64,000 bases of DNA, from positions 1,491,219 to 1,555,218 of the forward strand of contig CAVTML010000002.1 in NCBI GenBank assembly GCA_963735865.1, written 5' to 3'. The position numbers and the translations under genes are program-made. This DNA comes from an uncultured Chloroflexia bacterium. GTDB lineage: Bacteria > Chloroflexota > Limnocylindria > Limnocylindrales > CSP1-4. This document shows, in pieces, positions 10,682 to 20,869 of the stretch; the first letter of the stretch is position 1; the number at the start of each line of letters is the position of its first letter. The notes under the pieces are model-generated. The model had not been told where the DNA came from. It saw only the letters and a list, made by a program, of their open reading frames with translations, and did no database searches.

Positions 10682-12142
10682 CTAGAGCTGCGGCTTCGCG
10701 TCGGGCGCGTCGAGATCGCGATCGGTGCCGGGCAGGGTCATCGTCGTGGCGGCCACCTCCACGGTCACGTCCGGCTGGGCGACGGCGATGCGACTGATCA
10801 CGCCGCCGGCGCGCTGCAGGACGGCCTGCAGGTTGGCCGGGTCGCCGATCGCCTGCATGTGAAAGGGCATGGGCAGGGCCACGTTCTCGACCGACAGGCC
10901 GCCTGGGTTCCCGCCCACCACCGTGCCCGGCACGACCCGCACCCCGCCGACGGCCATCGCCTCGGCCCCGGCGATGCGCAGCTCGTTGAGGATCTCGTTG
11001 CTGGCGGCGGCCGTGATGGGTCCGTCGATGACGATGACGACCCCGTCGCCGCGGACGGGATCCAGGCCGGACCACATCCGCAGCTGCTGCAGCTCTGACT
11101 GGAGCTGGCCGACGTTCGAAGCGCCGGTCTGCTGGGTGCCCTGCAGGGTGCGCAGCTGGGCCTGCAGGTCGGCGACCTCGCCGCGGAGCTCGCTGTTGCG
11201 GTCGTTGAGGTTCGCGATGAGCGTGGTCAGGTCCTGGGTCGTGAGGCTGCTGAGGCCGCCGTTCGCCGTCTGGGCCCGGAACTGCACCACCAGCAGGACG
11301 CCCATGACGAACAGCACGGCACTCACCGCCCAGCGCCCGCGCGCGGTCCTCATGGCGTGGCCGAGCCGAGCGGTGACGGCAGGGCAGGCGGGCGTGGGGG
11401 ACGCGACCGGGCGGGCGTGGATCAGGTTGACCGTGCCGCTGTAGGCGGGCACCTGTACGTCGTTGGCTTGCAGCAGGGCCACGTCCAGGCCCACCGCCTG
11501 CGCGCGGTCCTGCAGGTAGGCCACGAAGGCGGCCGATGTGGCCAGGCGGGTGTAGAGGTCGGCCGGACCGATGGCCGAGATCTGGTACGGCGGCTGGAGA
11601 TACGAGCTGTTGACCAGCACCGACGACCCGATGTCGGTGAGCGGCGTGGTGACCGCGATCCGCTCGCCGTTGACGCTGACCGCCTCCGCCCCCGACAGCC
11701 ACAGCAGGTCGATGACCTGCCGCAGGTCGGCCGCCGATACCAGCAGGTCGCCGGGCGCGGCGCCGGGCGGCACGGGCCGCGTGGAGTCGCGCAGGCTGAC
11801 GACCACGCCCGGCCCCTGGAGGGCCACCAGGCCGGCGGCGAGGCGCGCGTCGCCCAGCTGGGCGTTGAGGGCCGTGATCTGCGCCGCGTTGCCCTGCCCG
11901 TTCTGCTCGATGGCCTGCACCTGGGCGCGCAGGTCCAGGATCTGCGCCTTCAACTGGTCCTGGGCAGCCTGCAGCTCCTGGGCTGTCTGCCGCAGCGGCG
12001 GCAGGTCCGAGCTGTCGTACTGGGTGCGCGGCACCAGCGAGCGCAGCTGGGCGGTGATGAGGAAGCCCAGCACGAGCAGGGCCACGCCGAGGGTGAGCTG
12101 CCAGCTCGGGATGCGGCGCACGCGGGCGACGAGCGCGCTCAT
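10682..12142 (-). CDS. Protein with two tandem DUF881 domains (DUF881-DUF881 fusion)
   Basis: Two similar units, each with an N-terminal TM, a coiled-coil and a C-terminal domain ('MSALVARV...' and 'MRTARGRW...'), are in one frame with no intervening stop. ATG 12142 overlaps the upstream stop (ATGA). Confidence 0.7.
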   Translation of the reverse strand: MSALVARVRRIPSWQLTLGVALLVLGFLITAQLRSLVPRTQYDSSDLPPLRQTAQELQAAQDQLKAQILDLRAQVQAIEQNGQGNAAQITALNAQLGDARLAAGLVALQGPGVVVSLRDSTRPVPPGAAPGDLLVSAADLRQVIDLLWLSGAEAVSVNGERIAVTTPLTDIGSSVLVNSSYLQPPYQISAIGPADLYTRLATSAAFVAYLQDRAQAVGLDVALLQANDVQVPAYSGTVNLIHARPVASPTPACPAVTARLGHAMRTARGRWAVSAVLFVMGVLLVVQFRAQTANGGLSSLTTQDLTTLIANLNDRNSELRGEVADLQAQLRTLQGTQQTGASNVGQLQSELQQLRMWSGLDPVRGDGVVIVIDGPITAAASNEILNELRIAGAEAMAVGGVRVVPGTVVGGNPGGLSVENVALPMPFHMQAIGDPANLQAVLQRAGGVISRIAVAQPDVTVEVAATTMTLPGTDRDLDAPDAKPQL

Positions 12143-13545
12143 GGGTACGGCACCCCGGGCGGGGGCCCGCCCGGCGGCCACCCTCGTCGGGCCAGGGCGC
12201 GACGGCGCAGCAGGAGCAACAACGCCACGATCACGATGGTCAGCCCGCCGAGGGCCGCGACCGGTTCCAGGGACTGTGTGACGTCGTCGAGGGCCGCCGA
12301 CACCGCATCTCCCCCGCCGGCTGGGACTGCGACGCCACCCGGCGCCTGCACGGGGGCCGTCGTGGGCAGGGCGGACCCAGCGGCGCCGCCGCCCGCCTGG
12401 CTCCAGCCCGGCGGCAGTGACCCGGCGGCCGGCTGGCGGGGCCCGTAGGCGGCCGGCAGCGACGTCCTGAGGCTCGCCAGCCACGCCGCCTGGAAGCCCG
12501 CCACGTCCACGCCGGCCGCGGCCTTGAAGGCCTCGTCATCGGTGACGCCCTGGGCGTACGAGCGGATGAGCTGCACGAGGTGGGCCTGTCCGTAGGTGTG
12601 CACGAAGAAGTCGACCGCCGACACCGCCTCCGCATACGACAGGTAGAACAGCTCCTGGCGGGTGGGGAACGAGCCGGTCAGGCTGGTCAGCGGCAGCAGC
12701 GAACCGCTGGCGACCGCGTCACGCATGCGCCCCTGGTCGTCGGTGTCGTAGCCGATCGACTCGTAGACGGCGAGGCCCTCGTTGAGCCACAGGGGCGGCT
12801 CGTGGTACGCGTTGTGGGTCGCGGTGTCGAAGACGAGGTGGGTCAGCTCGTGGGGGATGACCTGGCCGACCCAGCTCGAATCGATCTGGTCGGGGTCGAT
12901 CTCGGCGAACAGCGTGCGGATCTCGGGGATGGCCCGGCCCGCCACGAACTCGCTGGTGCCCGGCCCGAGGGCGCCATCGAGCCCGTCGGCGGAGGCGTAG
13001 ACGAAGAAATCGATGGGCAGCGTCTCGGTCACGCCAAGCAGGGCCGAGACGCGCGTCACCGCGTCATCCCCGACCGCCAGCGCCTTCTGGGCGAAGGCCT
13101 GGTCGCCGCTGTACCAGTGCAGACGCACATGCACGCCGCTGATCGTCTGCCATGTGTAGCGCGTGTCCTGAAGGGTGAAGGTGGCGCTCGGCCCGAGCGT
13201 GGTACCGGCCGCCGTGCGCACTCGGAAGCGGAAGGACAGTGTCGTATTGGGGATGACGTGGCTGGAGTCCACGACATCCGCCTTGTAGCCGCCCGCGGCC
13301 GCCCCGAAGTCGGCGTCGGTCACGAGCGGGCCGTACACGCCCGGCTCCTGGACCAGCAGCTCGACGGACAGCGGCGGGGAGTCGGCCTGGAACGTGTCGG
13401 TGTAGGAGATCGAGGCGCCGAGCGTGCCGCTGGCGGTGGGGGTCGCGATCTCGACCCCGTCGGCGGCCCGCACGGCGCCCGCGAGGCCGCTCGCCAGGAG
13501 CACGCCCGCCCCGAGGACGGCCAGGATCGTCGTGCGGCCGCGCAT
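12139..13545 (-). CDS. Secreted zinc metallopeptidase-like protein (Peptidase_MA-like), C-terminal TM anchor
   Basis: Signal peptide, 'HELTHLVFD' HExxH motif, downstream 'NEGLAVYES', and a C-terminal hydrophobic anchor. Alternative GTG start at 13557. Confidence 0.7.
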   Translation of the reverse strand: MRGRTTILAVLGAGVLLASGLAGAVRAADGVEIATPTASGTLGASISYTDTFQADSPPLSVELLVQEPGVYGPLVTDADFGAAAGGYKADVVDSSHVIPNTTLSFRFRVRTAAGTTLGPSATFTLQDTRYTWQTISGVHVRLHWYSGDQAFAQKALAVGDDAVTRVSALLGVTETLPIDFFVYASADGLDGALGPGTSEFVAGRAIPEIRTLFAEIDPDQIDSSWVGQVIPHELTHLVFDTATHNAYHEPPLWLNEGLAVYESIGYDTDDQGRMRDAVASGSLLPLTSLTGSFPTRQELFYLSYAEAVSAVDFFVHTYGQAHLVQLIRSYAQGVTDDEAFKAAAGVDVAGFQAAWLASLRTSLPAAYGPRQPAAGSLPPGWSQAGGGAAGSALPTTAPVQAPGGVAVPAGGGDAVSAALDDVTQSLEPVAALGGLTIVIVALLLLLRRRALARRGWPPGGPPPGVPYP

Positions 13546-15138
13546 CAGCTGCCCCACGAGAGGCCGGCCCAGCGGAGGATGCCCAGGCTGGAGGCGGCCG
13601 CGCCGAGGAGGCCCGCGCGCACGAGGGCCCAGCCCTGGGAGTAGCTCACCGGGACGACCGGCACCTGCTGCTGCACGATGCGCTGCGCGTCATCGAAGTG
13701 CTGCGCCTGCGCCGCCGGATCGGTGCTCGCCGCGCCGGCGGCGACCGCGGCATCGAAGGCGGCGTTGCTCCAGCCGCCGTAGTCGTTGCTGCTGCCGGTC
13801 GTCAGGAGCAGGCCAAGGAAGTCCTGGGGCGCCGGGTAATCGGCCACCCACTCCAGCGCCCAGATCTGCGGCGGGTCGCTGGCCAGCACGTCGAAGTAGC
13901 CGTCGATCCGCTCCTCCACGTTGACCGTCACGCCCAGTTCGCGCTGCCAGGTCAGGGCAAGGGCCTCGTCGTAGGCCAGGCCGCCAGAGTCGATGGTCAC
14001 CGCGGGCAGGCCCTTGCCGCCGGGATAGCCGGCCGCGGCGAGCGCCGCCCGGGCCGCCGCAGGGTCGTACGTGGGGCCGTAGTCGCCCGTGGGGCGGCCG
14101 GGGATGTCGGGCGGCACGAGGGACGGGGCGATGGCGTCGAACGGGCTGCCCAGTTGCACGAGGCGGTGCCAGTCCACGGCCTCGGCGAAGGCCTGGCGGA
14201 CCCGCACGTCGTTGAACGGGACCTGCCGCGTATCGAAGCCGTAGTACAGGACGGCCGGGTCGGGCACCTGCACGAGCTGCGGCCCATCGGTCGCGTCGTA
14301 GCGGATCCAGCTGGCCGCCTGCGATGAGACCGGGGCGTAGTCGACCGTCCCGGCCTCGAACGTCTCGTACGTGTCCTGGCCGCCGGTATCGGTCACCAGG
14401 TCGACCGTCGGGATGGCCGGCGCTCCGGCCCAGTAGTGGGCGTTGGCGGTGAAGGTGATGTCGTTGTCGCCGACGGCGGTCGGGACATACGCGCCCGAGC
14501 CCACGAACCGGCTGGGCGGCGCGGCTTGATCGTACGAGGCGCCGATCGAGGCGGGCACGACCGCCAGCGACGGCGAGGCGGCGGTCGACGGGAAGTAGCT
14601 GGCCGGCGCGGTGAAGGTCACCGTCACGGCCAGCGGCCCGCTGGCCTCGATGCCCACCGCATCGAGCGTCCCGTGCCCGGCCAGGAGGTCGGCCACCCCG
14701 GTGACCGGTGCCAGCAGGGACGCCAGCGGCGAGGGCTGCTGGGGATCGAGCAGGCGCCGCCAGCTGCGCACGACGTCGGCCGCACCGAGCGGCGTCCCGT
14801 CGCTGAAGGTGAGCCCCGGGCGCAGGGTGAAGGTGATCGACCGCCCGTCCGCCGAGCTGGTCCAGGAGGCGGCCAGGGCAGGCTGCACCCGGCCAGAGGC
14901 GTCGATCGCGGTGAGGCTCTCGTCGACGTTGGCGAGGACAGCTGGCGGTGCCCTGGTCACCCTGCAGGGCGGGATCCCAGAGGGCCGGGGCACCACCCAG
15001 GATGCGGACCGTCGCTCCCGGCGTCGCGCCCGCCGCCGTGCCGACGCATCCGGCGAGCGTCGCCGCCAGCAGCGCCACGAGCGCCATGACGGCCGGCCGC
15101 TCGAGGCGAACGCGGCGGGACCGGCGTGAGGCGCTCAC
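13545..15138 (-). CDS. ABC transporter substrate-binding lipoprotein, family 5 (peptide/nickel type), with an apparent frameshift near 14930-14965
   Basis: N-terminal frame has lipobox 'LAGCVG' and 'ILGGAPALWDPA'. C-terminal frame has the SBP_bac_5 body 'VLANVDESLTAID...PALAASW'. The frames differ. Confidence 0.65.
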
Positions 15139-15159
15139 CGGCGCAGTCTAGCCGCGGGC

Positions 15160-17454
15160 TCAGGCGGTGGCGTGTGGACCCGGGCTGCCGGCCTCGGGCC
15201 GGGCCGGCGTCTCGATGGTGATGCGGGGCAGCCAGCGGAGGAAGCGCGGCAGGTACCAGTTCCACTCTCCCAGCAGGCGCATCGAGGCCGGCAGCAGGAT
15301 GGCCCGGATGACGGTCGCGTCAAGGAAGACGGCCACCGCAAGCCCCAGGCCGAGCTCGCGGATGATGACGAGGCGCAGCGTCACGAAGACGGCGAAGACC
15401 ACGACCATGATGGCCGCCGCGCTGGTGACCGTGCCGGCGGTCTCGGCGATGCCGCGCGCCACGGCGCGGTGCGTGTCCAGGCCGCCGTCGTGCCACTCCT
15501 TGACCCGCGTGAGGATGAACACCTCGTAGTCCATCGACAGGCCGAAGAGGATGGTGAAGACGAAGACGGGCACCCAGTTCTGGATCACCTCGCTGGGCCG
15601 CACTCCGAGCGGACCGCCGAGGAAACCGTCCTGGAAGACGAGGACCAGCACGCCGTAGGCGGCGCCCGTGGAGAGCAGGTTCAGCACGATCGCCTTGAGC
15701 GGGATGACCAGCGAGCGGAAGACGGCCAGCAGGAGCAGGAAGCTCAGGCCCAGGACGAACAGGAAGATCTTGATCATGCCGTCGGTGAAGACCTGGGTCT
15801 GATCCAGGCTCACGGCCGCGTTGCCGGTGACGTACGCCGCGGCGCCGGGCGCCTGGGCCAGGGCCTGCGGCACGACCGTGGTGCGCATGTCGCGCACCGC
15901 CTGCCAGTTGGCCGGATCGTTCTCCGTGCCCGACATCACGAAGGAGACCATGGCCGCGGTCCCGTCGCCCGACGGCGTGACCGTGGCAGGTCCGCTCAGC
16001 CCCGTCACGGTCAGGCCGCTCTTCTGGAGGCTGGCGATGGCCGCCTGCGTGGCGGGCGCCTGCGCGTCGGTCACCACGACCTGCAGGGCGAGGATGGTGC
16101 CGGCCGGCCAGTGGGCCTGGAGCACCTCGATGGCCTGCACACCGTCGATCGACTCGGGGAAGGAGGTGACGTCGGAGTTGCCCAGCCGCAGGTGCGTCAC
16201 GGGCGCCGCCAGGATCAGGAGCACAGCCGCGGCGCCGAGCGCGGCGATGATCGGCCGATGCACCACGGCCTCCACCAGCCGCGCCCACATGCCGCCCCCG
16301 GCCGGCCGCGGTCGGCCGAGCACCGGCACGCGCCCGCGGTCGACGCGGTCACCCAGGATCGACAGCAGGGCGGGCAGGAAGGTCAGGCTCCCCGCCACGG
16401 CCACCGCGATCACGGAGATCGTGCCCAGGGCCATGGAGCGGAACAGCGTGTCGGGCAGGATGAACAGCCCGGCCACCGAGATCATCACGGCCAGGCCGCT
16501 GAAGAAGACGGCCCGTCCCGCGGTCGCGCTGGCCGTCTCGATGGCCGCCCGGATGTCGCGGCCGGCGCGCCGCTCCGTGCGGAAGCGGGTGACCATGAAG
16601 AGCGAGTAGTCGACCGCGACGGCGAGCCCGATGAGGACCACCAGCTGCGTCGCGTACGGGCTGACCGAGTCGACGGCCTGGCTGTAGAGGCCCAACAGGC
16701 CGAACGCGGCGAGCAGCGCGGTCACGGCCAGGATCAGCGGCACGACGGCGGCCACGGCGGCCCCGAAGGCCACCAGCAGGATGAGGAACGTGGCCGGCAG
16801 GCTGATCTTCAGCGCGCCGTCCAGGTCCTCGTTGACCAGGGTGTTGATCTGGTCATTGGTGAGGGTGTTGGCCACGGCGTGGATGGCGTAGGACGGGTAG
16901 GCGGCCTTGATGGCCGTGATGACAGGGGCGATCGCGTTGGTGCGCGTCTCGACGGCCGCGCCATCGCCGCCGATCTCCCCCTCGATGCGCACGCCGGTCA
17001 TGTCCGGGGCGATGAGGCCGGCCTGGGGCGGCGCGACGTAGGGGTCCACGAGCTGGCGGAAGGCCGGGCCCGTCGTGCCCTGGACGGTGGCCGTGACGGC
17101 CTTCAGGCGGCCCACGATGTCCTCCACCGTGGAGCGGAAGGACGCGTCCGTGGCCTTGACCGTGGCGCTGGTGACGACGATGGTCATGGTGTCGTGAGGG
17201 TCCGGCGTGCCGGCCCGGTCGAAGACCTGGTAGGCCTGCTCGGACTCGGTCGTCGAGCCGCCTGGCCCGCCGGTCGCCCCGACGGTGCGGATGCCGCCGG
17301 CGGCCTGGCTGACGGCGAAGACGCCGATGGTGAGCACGAACCAGCCGACGAGCACGGGCCAGCGGTGGGCGGCGCTCCACGCGGCGATGCGCACGGTCCA
17401 TGGACGGCCGCGCGGCGCGACGTGGCGGTGGGCGGGCACGCTCGGACCGGTCAT
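15160..17454 (-). CDS. MMPL family (RND superfamily) transporter
   Basis: 764 aa with two multi-TM blocks and large periplasmic loops, MmpL-like architecture. Confidence 0.9.
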   Translation of the reverse strand: MTGPSVPAHRHVAPRGRPWTVRIAAWSAAHRWPVLVGWFVLTIGVFAVSQAAGGIRTVGATGGPGGSTTESEQAYQVFDRAGTPDPHDTMTIVVTSATVKATDASFRSTVEDIVGRLKAVTATVQGTTGPAFRQLVDPYVAPPQAGLIAPDMTGVRIEGEIGGDGAAVETRTNAIAPVITAIKAAYPSYAIHAVANTLTNDQINTLVNEDLDGALKISLPATFLILLVAFGAAVAAVVPLILAVTALLAAFGLLGLYSQAVDSVSPYATQLVVLIGLAVAVDYSLFMVTRFRTERRAGRDIRAAIETASATAGRAVFFSGLAVMISVAGLFILPDTLFRSMALGTISVIAVAVAGSLTFLPALLSILGDRVDRGRVPVLGRPRPAGGGMWARLVEAVVHRPIIAALGAAAVLLILAAPVTHLRLGNSDVTSFPESIDGVQAIEVLQAHWPAGTILALQVVVTDAQAPATQAAIASLQKSGLTVTGLSGPATVTPSGDGTAAMVSFVMSGTENDPANWQAVRDMRTTVVPQALAQAPGAAAYVTGNAAVSLDQTQVFTDGMIKIFLFVLGLSFLLLLAVFRSLVIPLKAIVLNLLSTGAAYGVLVLVFQDGFLGGPLGVRPSEVIQNWVPVFVFTILFGLSMDYEVFILTRVKEWHDGGLDTHRAVARGIAETAGTVTSAAAIMVVVFAVFVTLRLVIIRELGLGLAVAVFLDATVIRAILLPASMRLLGEWNWYLPRFLRWLPRITIETPARPEAGSPGPHATA

Positions 17455-17537
17455 GCTCTCCTCGGGTGACGGCGCCGCGAGCGCGGCGCTAGCGAGGAGG
17501 GTACGTCAACGCCTCGCCGGCGGTTCCCGGCCGGGCC

Positions 17538-18464
17538 TCAGGGCTGGAGCAGGCCGGGGAACCCCTCCACCACCTGAGCCGCGGCCGGCGCGTCGATCGT
17601 CAGCGGTGTATCGAAGGTGAACGTCAGATCGGCACTCGCCGAGCCCTGCGCGCCGCCGTCGACCGCGACCTTGATCTCGCTCGGTCGACCGCCATCCTGG
17701 CGGGCGATGACGTCCAGGGTCACGCTGCCGACGGACCCCAGCCCGGCCGTGGGCAGCGCGAACGGCACGGCGGACGCCAGCGCCGAGGCGCCCTTGGCCG
17801 CGAGCCCGGCCAGGTCGGCCGCCCCGAGGACGACGTGGAGGTCCCAGCAGCTGGCGCCGCCGCACGACACGGCCGCCACGGTGGGCTGCTGGGCCAGGCC
17901 GGAGAAGAAGTCGCTCATCGCACTCAGCGCCTGCGCCATCTGCGAAGGATCGGCCGACGCTTCCGCCGACGCGACCGGCAGACCGCCGAGGCCGCCCAGG
18001 GCCGCGCTCGTCGTGTGGTGGTACTTGCCGTCGTCGGCGAGGCCCATGGCCGTGCCGAGGGGGCCCAGCTTGAGGTAGACATCCGCGCCGACCACGATGG
18101 CCTCGCTCGTGCCCCCGCCGGCGATCCCGGCCGGCAGGGTGAGGGTCGCGTCGGTGGAGCCGGCGACGGTGTCGCTCTTGACCTCGACGACCGTGCCGTC
18201 GAGCTTGACCGGGGCGGCCGCGGTGGCAGCCGGCGAGGCCGCGGCATCCAGGGACGAAGTGATTGTGCCAGCCAGGGTCAGGCGCGCGTCGACCTGCTTG
18301 ACCGATGTGAGCGACGACGAGATCGTCGTCAGGAGACCGCTCGCATCAGGCGGCGTCGGGTTCGCCGCGCCCGAACTGCAGGCGACGACCGAGATCGCGA
18401 GGGCGGCAGAGGCTAGCACGCCCCAGCGACGGCGGGACGGGCGAGGCAGGATCGACGAGGGCAC
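17538..18464 (-). CDS. Lipoprotein of unknown function (lipobox VVACSS)
   Basis: Signal peptide with a Cys lipobox, an Ala/Ser/Thr-rich body, and position directly downstream of mmpL. Confidence 0.7.
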   Translation of the reverse strand: MPSSILPRPSRRRWGVLASAALAISVVACSSGAANPTPPDASGLLTTISSSLTSVKQVDARLTLAGTITSSLDAAASPAATAAAPVKLDGTVVEVKSDTVAGSTDATLTLPAGIAGGGTSEAIVVGADVYLKLGPLGTAMGLADDGKYHHTTSAALGGLGGLPVASAEASADPSQMAQALSAMSDFFSGLAQQPTVAAVSCGGASCWDLHVVLGAADLAGLAAKGASALASAVPFALPTAGLGSVGSVTLDVIARQDGGRPSEIKVAVDGGAQGSASADLTFTFDTPLTIDAPAAAQVVEGFPGLLQP

Positions 18465-18559
18465 GGGGCGGCTCCTTCAGCGCTGCGAGGCGCCGACGGT
18501 ACCGGCCGGCGTGCCCCCGGGGCTATGCGACGAACGTACCAGTCGCCTTCGCTGGCCGG

Positions 18560-19198
18560 CTAGGGAAGCGCGGCGAACGCCGTCGCCGCGGTGGCGTCGT
18601 CCGGCGCCTGGACCCCGATCGCCGTGTCGCCGGTGACGGTGAAGTATGTCTTGCTGCCGCTGCTGTCGGTCACGACGGTCACGTTCTTGCCACCCAGCGA
18701 GGTCGTGGTATCGGATCCGCCGTCGGTCTTGTTCTGCTGGAGCACGAGCGCCACGAAGCTGTTGGCGTCACCACCCGAGATCTGGACCGCGAAGTAGGTC
18801 ACGTCGGGACAGGGGTCGGTCGCGGCCGGGCCGGGCCCGGCCATGGCGAATGAGAACGTCTCCGTGCCGCTGATCCCGGACAGGAGCGAGCCGGCGCCGC
18901 CGGCCAGACCGGAGAGCGCCGCCGCCGGCAGGACGCCGGCCGGCATGCTGAAGGTCAGCGCGGGGGCACCGCAGATCTGGGCCGGCAGCTTGGCCTGGAG
19001 GGTCGGGTTGTTGTTCTGGCCCAGGAGACCTCCCAACAGGCCACCCGAGCCGCCGAGGCCGCTCGGGAGACCGCCACCACCCCCGCCCGCAGGGGTGGGC
19101 GTCGGCGTCGCGGTGGCGCTGCTCCCGCACGCCGCGACGATGAGCGCCAGCGCGAGGGCGCAGGCGGATGCGGCCGGCAGCCGCAGCGATCGGATCAT
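18560..19198 (-). CDS. Lipoprotein of unknown function (lipobox IVAACGS)
   Basis: Start 'MIRSLRLPAAS' is preceded by GGGAGG. Gly-rich linker. Confidence 0.65.
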   Translation of the reverse strand: MIRSLRLPAASACALALALIVAACGSSATATPTPTPAGGGGGGLPSGLGGSGGLLGGLLGQNNNPTLQAKLPAQICGAPALTFSMPAGVLPAAALSGLAGGAGSLLSGISGTETFSFAMAGPGPAATDPCPDVTYFAVQISGGDANSFVALVLQQNKTDGGSDTTTSLGGKNVTVVTDSSGSKTYFTVTGDTAIGVQAPDDATAATAFAALP

Positions 19199-19276
19199 CT
19201 CAACCTCCCAGTCGGCCCGCATCTCCCGGCGGGCGCCGCACGCCGGGCATGATACAAGGGCGGCGGTCTGCCGGGG

Positions 19277-20869
19277 TCAGTGGCCCGAGGCGGGGGCCGT
19301 GGGGATGCCCGCCGCGGCGAGCTGGCTGCCGCTGGCCGTGCCGTTGGGGGTGAAGGCGCCCCAGTTCGTCGGCGCACCGCTCTCGCCGTAACTCGAGACC
19401 TGGAGACGCCCCGAGGAGAGGGCGAGGACGTTGGCCGTCACGGTGTCGCCGGCCATCGTGCCCGGACTGTCCGGGCGCACTTGGCTGATGACCCCAACGC
19501 CGGCCCGACACCAGGCCAGCGTGTTGCCGCTGACGACGACCCCCGTCGAGGTGGAGATGAGGATGCAGCCGCCCCAGCCGGCCCAGGCTTGCGCGTCGGG
19601 GTTGGCCCAGCCGTTCTCCCACGCGGCATTGCCGGTGACACGCGCGGCGGAACACGTCTCGATCATGATGCCCGACTCGTCGTTGCCGAAGACGCGATTG
19701 CCGCTGATGGTCGAGGTCGCCCCGCGGCCATCGCACCAGATGCCGGGGCCGCCGTTGCCGCTGACGGTCGAGCCCGTGATCGTCACGTTGTCAGCGGCGA
19801 CGAACTTGATGCCGCCAGCCTCATTGCCGGCGCTGTAAGCGTGGGCGGTGTTGGCGCCGCTGATCGTGCTGTTCGTCAAGGTGAACCCGCTAACGCGGCC
19901 GAACCCGCTGAAGTCGCCGTGGACGGCGATGCCTTCCTGGGCACAGTCGACGAACGACGAGCTGTCGACGAGGTAGTTGCTCCCGCCCTCGACGCCGAGG
20001 CAGGCGCCGGATGTGGCGTTCGAGAGTCGGGCGCTGCGGATCGTGATCCCGCCGCCCGACAACTCGACGAAGCCGCGCTGCGCCTGGGCCGCGACGTTGC
20101 GGTCGACGAGGCCGATGACCGTGAGGGGCTTGGCGATGGTGACGGCCTGGCTGTACGGGCCGCAGCCGGTGAGGTCGAGGGTCGCGCCGCTGCGGGCGGC
20201 GTCGACCGCCGCCTGGACGCTGCCCGGACAGGCGCCTGGGGCGGCAGGCGGGGCGGCAGGCGGGGCAGCAGGCGGGGCAGCGGTGGGCACAGCCGTCGGG
20301 GGGGCGGCCGTGGGCGTGGGGGTCGGCGTGGCGGCCGCCGCGCCGGCGCGGGTGGCGGCGGGTATGGCCGTCGGGGCGGGGCCGGAGACGGTCGTCACGA
20401 CGACGACATTGGTCGATGCCAGCACCGTCCGGCCGTGCGATGGCGTGGTCGACCCGGATCCGAAACGCACCGCGTACTGGGCCCAGGCGGGCAGCACGGC
20501 GGATAGCACGTGCGTCCCCAGCGTCGCCTTGGATGGCACGCGGACGTTCATGGTCACCGCGCCGGTGGTCCTGGTGCGCTCGGTCGGCATACCGGATGGC
20601 GAGCCGTCCCACTGCAGCTGGAACAAGGTGCCGCTGGTGAAGCCAGTGGCCGTGACGGCGACGGTCGCGCCGGCGATCGCCGGGCCCGAGACGGTCAACG
20701 CCGGCCCCGTGGTGGTGGCCATGGCCGGCAGGAACGGGAAGAGCAGGGCGGGGACGAGGAGCACGATCGGGATCGTGGCGATCCAGTCGCGCAGACGTCG
20801 GGGGCCGTGGAAGACCGCGGGGGTGGGGGTGGGCCGCTCATCGACCCAGCGCGTACCGTCCCAGAACAT
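19277..20869 (-). CDS. Secreted right-handed beta-helix repeat protein (pectate-lyase/NosD-like fold) with a Pro/Ala/Thr linker
   Basis: Repeated 'ITGSTVSGN', 'ISGNRVFGN' and 'VTGNAAWENG' parallel beta-helix repeats. N-terminal TM/signal. Confidence 0.75.
   Translation of the reverse strand: MFWDGTRWVDERPTPTPAVFHGPRRLRDWIATIPIVLLVPALLFPFLPAMATTTGPALTVSGPAIAGATVAVTATGFTSGTLFQLQWDGSPSGMPTERTRTTGAVTMNVRVPSKATLGTHVLSAVLPAWAQYAVRFGSGSTTPSHGRTVLASTNVVVVTTVSGPAPTAIPAATRAGAAAATPTPTPTAAPPTAVPTAAPPAAPPAAPPAAPGACPGSVQAAVDAARSGATLDLTGCGPYSQAVTIAKPLTVIGLVDRNVAAQAQRGFVELSGGGITIRSARLSNATSGACLGVEGGSNYLVDSSSFVDCAQEGIAVHGDFSGFGRVSGFTLTNSTISGANTAHAYSAGNEAGGIKFVAADNVTITGSTVSGNGGPGIWCDGRGATSTISGNRVFGNDESGIMIETCSAARVTGNAAWENGWANPDAQAWAGWGGCILISTSTGVVVSGNTLAWCRAGVGVISQVRPDSPGTMAGDTVTANVLALSSGRLQVSSYGESGAPTNWGAFTPNGTASGSQLAAAGIPTAPASGH

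Noticed and set aside
10388-11444. Plus-strand ORFs opposite the DUF881 gene and the TldD region
   Set aside because: They are antisense to homology-supported genes and have no recognisable motifs.
15172-17469. 765-aa ORF on the plus strand
   Set aside because: It is exactly antisense to the MMPL gene. The translation is Asp/Arg/Gly/Glu-rich low complexity with no domain-like stretches. It is a typical high-GC shadow ORF.
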